The translations under genes were made by a program, and so were the position numbers. From positions 372,001 through 436,000 of the forward strand of contig JAPEUD010000002.1 in assembly GCA_026026165.1 (NCBI GenBank): a DNA stretch of 64,000 bases, given 5' to 3'. The notes beneath the pieces were generated by a model. The model had not been told where the DNA came from. It made no database searches and was given only the letters and a program-made list of their open reading frames with translations. Each line of letters begins with the position of its first letter. Position 1 is the first letter of the stretch. Of this stretch, positions 59,862 through 64,000 are shown one piece after another. This DNA comes from Sarea resinae (lineage: Eukaryota).

Positions 59862-62800
59862 TCAAACGAGACCACCTCTGCCCCCCACAAGCCCCAAGGC
59901 CTCCTTCTGTCCCTCCCTCAACTGAACAACAGGCAGTTCCTTCCGACGCTCCCCAGACGTCGTCGTCGTCGTCGGCGATGGCGGCGGTGGAGGCAAAAAG
60001 CCAACGGCCGCCAAATAAGCCAAATAAACACCCATGAGCTCTTCCGTGACGCCCTCGGCATGTGGGCGCGAGCCAGGAGACGACGAGGGGAAGGAAGCGC
60101 CATCATCCTGGAGAGCGGCCCTGGCGTTGGAGTCGTCGAGTTCGGGCGCTTTGGTGCTGGAGGGCAGGTCGGCGGTGACGAAGTGGTAGAGGGGGAGTCT
60201 GGGAGAGACAGAGTGACACACATTAGCATTTCTCTCGAGCCTCTGGAAAGAAGAAGGAGAAGAAGGTGTAAAAGATATTTCTGGACGGTGTGTGTGTCTG
60301 TGTGTGGATGGGATGACTTACAGAGCATGCGCATCCGCCGCCCCAGCCTTTCCGGCCGCCCGGTCGCCAGAGCCGCCGGCAACGTACCGCTCCAGCGCCG
60401 TGCGCCAGGGGATGTAATCGACCTTGGGTACCTTGTAGCCGTACGTCTGCAGTGTAGCGAGGAATTCGTTGAAGCGCAAGCGTGGATGGCCCGTCACCTG
60501 TGCGACGCTTAGGGTCTCACGGGGGAAGAGGGCGGAGGCGACGACGACGCGGGCGACTTGGTCAACCGGCACCATGTTGACCGTGTTGTGGATGTCTGGA
60601 CGGCTGGACAGCTGGATACAGCCTTTGATCATGCGGACGAGGAAGTCGTCTGTGTTGGTCACGCCCGTCTCCGAGTCGCCGGTGACGTATCCGGGCCTGA
60701 TGATAGCACCGCGGAGGCCTCGTTTGCCGGCCTCCTTGACCAGGTATTCACCGACCCATTTGCTCTGGCCATACCCATTTCCAAGACCTTTACTGCTACC
60801 TTCTAGATCATCAGCTTCGCTGACTCCAGCACCGCCATTGGCCACAAGGCGATCAGAGAGCTCAACGTAATACTCAGTGTCGAGTGTGCTAGTCGAGCTG
60901 ACAAAGGCGAATTGTTTTGGTTTTCCGGTGGCGCACAGCGCGAGGGCGTCGATGGTCCCATGGACATTGGCCGGTTTGAGATTGGAGTAGGGATACACCC
61001 AGTGCACCCAGGCGCCGTTGTGGATGACCACGTCGACCTCCTTGCTCAATCGATCCCACACCTCTGGCTTCAAGCCAAGTTTTGGATCGCCCAGGTTCCC
61101 GGTCACACACTCAAGTCTTGACGTCCAAGATGGGGACCAAACACCATAGGCCTCACATGTTTTCTTGACTCGATCTAGAGCTGCTTCATTGCTCTTTGCA
61201 CGGACAAGCGAGACAACTTTGATGGAAGGTGTTTTGCGGCTCAGGAGGTTGCGAAGCAGGTAAGAACCAAGGAAACCAGTGGCCCCAGTCAGAAAGACAG
61301 TGAATGGCTGAGTAACGTCCAACTTCCCGCTGGGAAAGCTTTTCGGAAGTGTCGCAACTAGTCTTTGAGCGTCTGCTGCATAGTCATCCCCTTCTCGTTC
61401 TGCGCCTGGAACTCCATTAGAATGATCCTGATTATCGGAACCGACATGAAAGCTGTCAGGATTCCGGATCCGATCTATCTCCAGGGCCAATCCTTTGAGG
61501 GTGGGACTACGGAAGATAAGACTTGGACTGACGTCAACACCTCTCCACCTCTTCTTGATCTTGAAAAACATCTCCTGTGCAGTAAGACTGTGACCCCCTA
61601 GATCAAAGAACGAATCGCTCTGGCCGACAGTCTTCGCGGTGACATGGGGTATCAGTTCGGCCCAGATCTCCGCCAAAGCCCTCTCGGTATCGGAAAGAGC
61701 TGAGAGTGACGTAGAAGGTCGCCGAGGAGCTGCGGCAGAAAGCTCGGAGGTGTCAGGGAACGGAAGTGCAGGTTTATCGATCTTGCCATTAGGGTTCAGC
61801 GGCATCCGTGCTAGAGGTACAAAGACCGTCGGCACAGCGTACGCAGCTAATTTAGTTCGCAGATGAGTTCGCGCATCATCACGCAAAGGGCGGAAGCGCC
61901 TCAACATCCCTATCATTCCCTCTTCTCCCTCACCTTCATCCTTGAGTCCCTTCTCTTGTAGCCACTGGGGCCATCGTCTCATTTCTGGGACGATATAGCT
62001 GACTAGAGTTGGCTCCTCGTCTTTATCTCTTCGAACGAGTGTGATGTTTTCGCGTACAAGTGGATGCCGTGAGAGATGCGTGTCGATTTCTCCAAGTTCG
62101 ATTCTAAAGCCTCGAATCTTGACTTGATCATCTGCGCGCCCAGAACATTCAACATCTCCGGTAGGGGTATACCGTCCGAGATCACCAGTCCTATATAGTC
62201 TATCACGAGGACCTTGATAAAACTCTCTCCATGGCTCCGATGTGTTCTGAGCTCTCCTCCGATCCTCTTCAACCCATTTCTGGGGATCCACAAACCATGT
62301 CTTGACGAATTTGGTTTCTGTCAGCTCCGGCATTCCCAGGTATCCTTCTGCAAGACCACCAGCGCGGACATAAATCTCCCCAACCTCGCCAACGCCGCAT
62401 AATTTCGACCGATCAAAGCGATTGACAACCAGCAGCTGAACATCTTGCATGCCCTTTCCAGCAGGAATAACGTCTTTCATGCTGTCAAGGTAGGTCGAGT
62501 CTTGGTTCCAGCTTGGAATCTCATAATAACTCACGGCTCTTTGCGTTTCGGTAGTTCCGTACATGTTCACTACATTTACATTTGGTGCCAAGCGCTGTAG
62601 GAGTCGACAATCTCGTTTAATCAAAATATCCCCCACGAAGAAAGCGTGATGCAAAGACGGAAACTCTGCTGTAGCTCCCCCAACCAGGATTTGGCCCATA
62701 GCGGGAGTGAGATGGCAGACTGTAGGGCGGTGCTCACGCATCCACTCTGCTAATCTCTCGTTCTGTATGTCTTCTCGAGATGGCACCAGAAGTTGGGCTC

Positions 62801-63983
62801 CGAGGAATAATGGAGTGAACATGTCTCTCTGAATTGGGTCATGTGCAATGCCACTTAGCATGGTAAAACGATCGTCTTGGTTCAGATGGAATCGCTGGCT
62901 CATCCAGGGAAAATAGTAGGCAAGCGAGAAATGGCGTCCCCTGACCCCTTTCGGTCGACCTTCAGAGCCGGATGTGAATGAAAGAGTAGGGGTCGAATCA
63001 GGTCCAACGACTACTCCTGGAGGTTTACCCTTAAGAGACGTCTGCGGTGCAAGCACATCCTGGCCCCCAATCATGCCACCCAGTAACGAACCATCATCTT
63101 TCAAGATGAGGGATGGTACCTCCGCCCGAAGTTCCAGGTTTGTGTCAATAAAAGACCGTACCTTCTCAGAAAGCTCGCCTGCTTCTCGACTAGCCTTCTC
63201 AATGACCACCAGAGCTCGGGGACGAGCAACATCAAGATAGATGTTTTGTCTATCAGGTGGATAGGCAGGATCAATAACGGAGAAAGCAGCGCCAGCTTTC
63301 AGAGCTCCCATAACGGCAACGACCAGATCAACGCCTCGGTGTGCGTAAATCATCACCACTTCGTCCCTCTGAACCCCGGACTGAACAAAATGATGTGCTA
63401 GAATATTTGAAGCTTCGTTGATCTGTTTGTAAGTGAATTGCCGATGAGAGGAGGAACTAGATGCTGTTTCCACGACACACAGTCTTTCTGGATGCTTCTC
63501 AGCGTTCGCTGTAAAAATGTCCTGTATAGCACCCCGGAAGTCGCTCCAGTGTAGATCATTTGTTGGCTCTGGAAGAATGGCCGATTGCGCATCCGTAATC
63601 AGGTTGATTCGGCCCAAGGATTCCTGAGGGTTCAGGGAAGCGAGCTCTACTACTTGGCACAACTGTTGCAGAACAGCAGATATTCTAGCGCTCGAAAAGA
63701 GTCGCTGATTGTAATATGCTCGCAACTCAAAAGGGGCCCCCTGACCGGCTCCATTGCCTCTGCTAGTTTGAGCATCTGCTACCGCGAAGCTAGGTCTTGA
63801 GAGGTATATGACGAGGTCGCTCGTACTCGAAGCACTGGACAAAAGCTCTCGAGAGGGCGCATGTGAAGCCTGGTATAGAGCAAAATGAAAAAGCGTGGGA
63901 GCCTTGTCAGACTTGGATGCGCGCTGGAGATGCGAGACTAAGTCCGATAGCGATACTGGGTCGGCAGAGCAGGCTGTGAATTC
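59862..63983 (-). CDS. LYS2: L-2-aminoadipate reductase (A-T-R, lysine biosynthesis); 5' exons lie outside the window
   Basis: A domain FTSGSEGRPKGV, AHDPIQRD, NMYGTTE, YRTGDLGR, QVKIRGFRIELGEID; PCP SFFDLGGHSL; reductase FLTGATGFLGS, HNGAWVHW, GYGQSKW. Coding 63983-60322 and 60198-59862; an upstream intron acceptor sits at 63984. Confidence 0.97.
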
Positions 63984-64000
63984 CTACAGAGTCATTAGCG

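Noticed and set aside
59862..63983. NRPS-like biosynthetic gene
   Set aside because: The A-T-R architecture and motifs (AHDPIQRD, HNGAWVHW) identify primary-metabolism Lys2.

Overview
Eukaryotic, intron-containing DNA from a filamentous ascomycete (Pezizomycotina-type genes, short GT..AG introns with CTAAC/CTGAC branch points). About 21 coding loci can be supported. Conserved genes: CTF8 (3' end only), a CYP65-like P450, an S10 serine carboxypeptidase, a conserved membrane protein, a histidine phosphatase, FBP26, dynactin p150, a peroxisomal ABCD transporter, BLOC-1 subunit 1, BTN1, RXT3, an HSL-like lipase, TRP5, a LanC-like protein, an F-box protein, a GH5 beta-1,6-glucanase, an NAD(P)-dependent epimerase-like protein and LYS2 (5' end outside the window). 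Three orphan ORFs are also present. I found no intact transposon, rRNA, tRNA or CRISPR array. The most unusual signals are: (i) an intergenic array of repeated hairpins with a compensatory base change (53.1-53.55 kb); (ii) a PCNA-binding PIP-box-like motif at the C-terminus of the histidine phosphatase; (iii) four microsatellite-saturated spacers between convergent genes whose flanking 3' coding ends look GC-rich and low-complexity; (iv) an orphan island whose larger gene carries 33-bp/11-residue amphipathic repeats; (v) two 10-nt microexons; (vi) a LanC-like protein missing one zinc-ligand Cys; (vii) a recurring TACTCCGTA/ACTCCGGAGT intergenic motif. All calls come from reading the sequence by eye; no database searches or folding programs were run.
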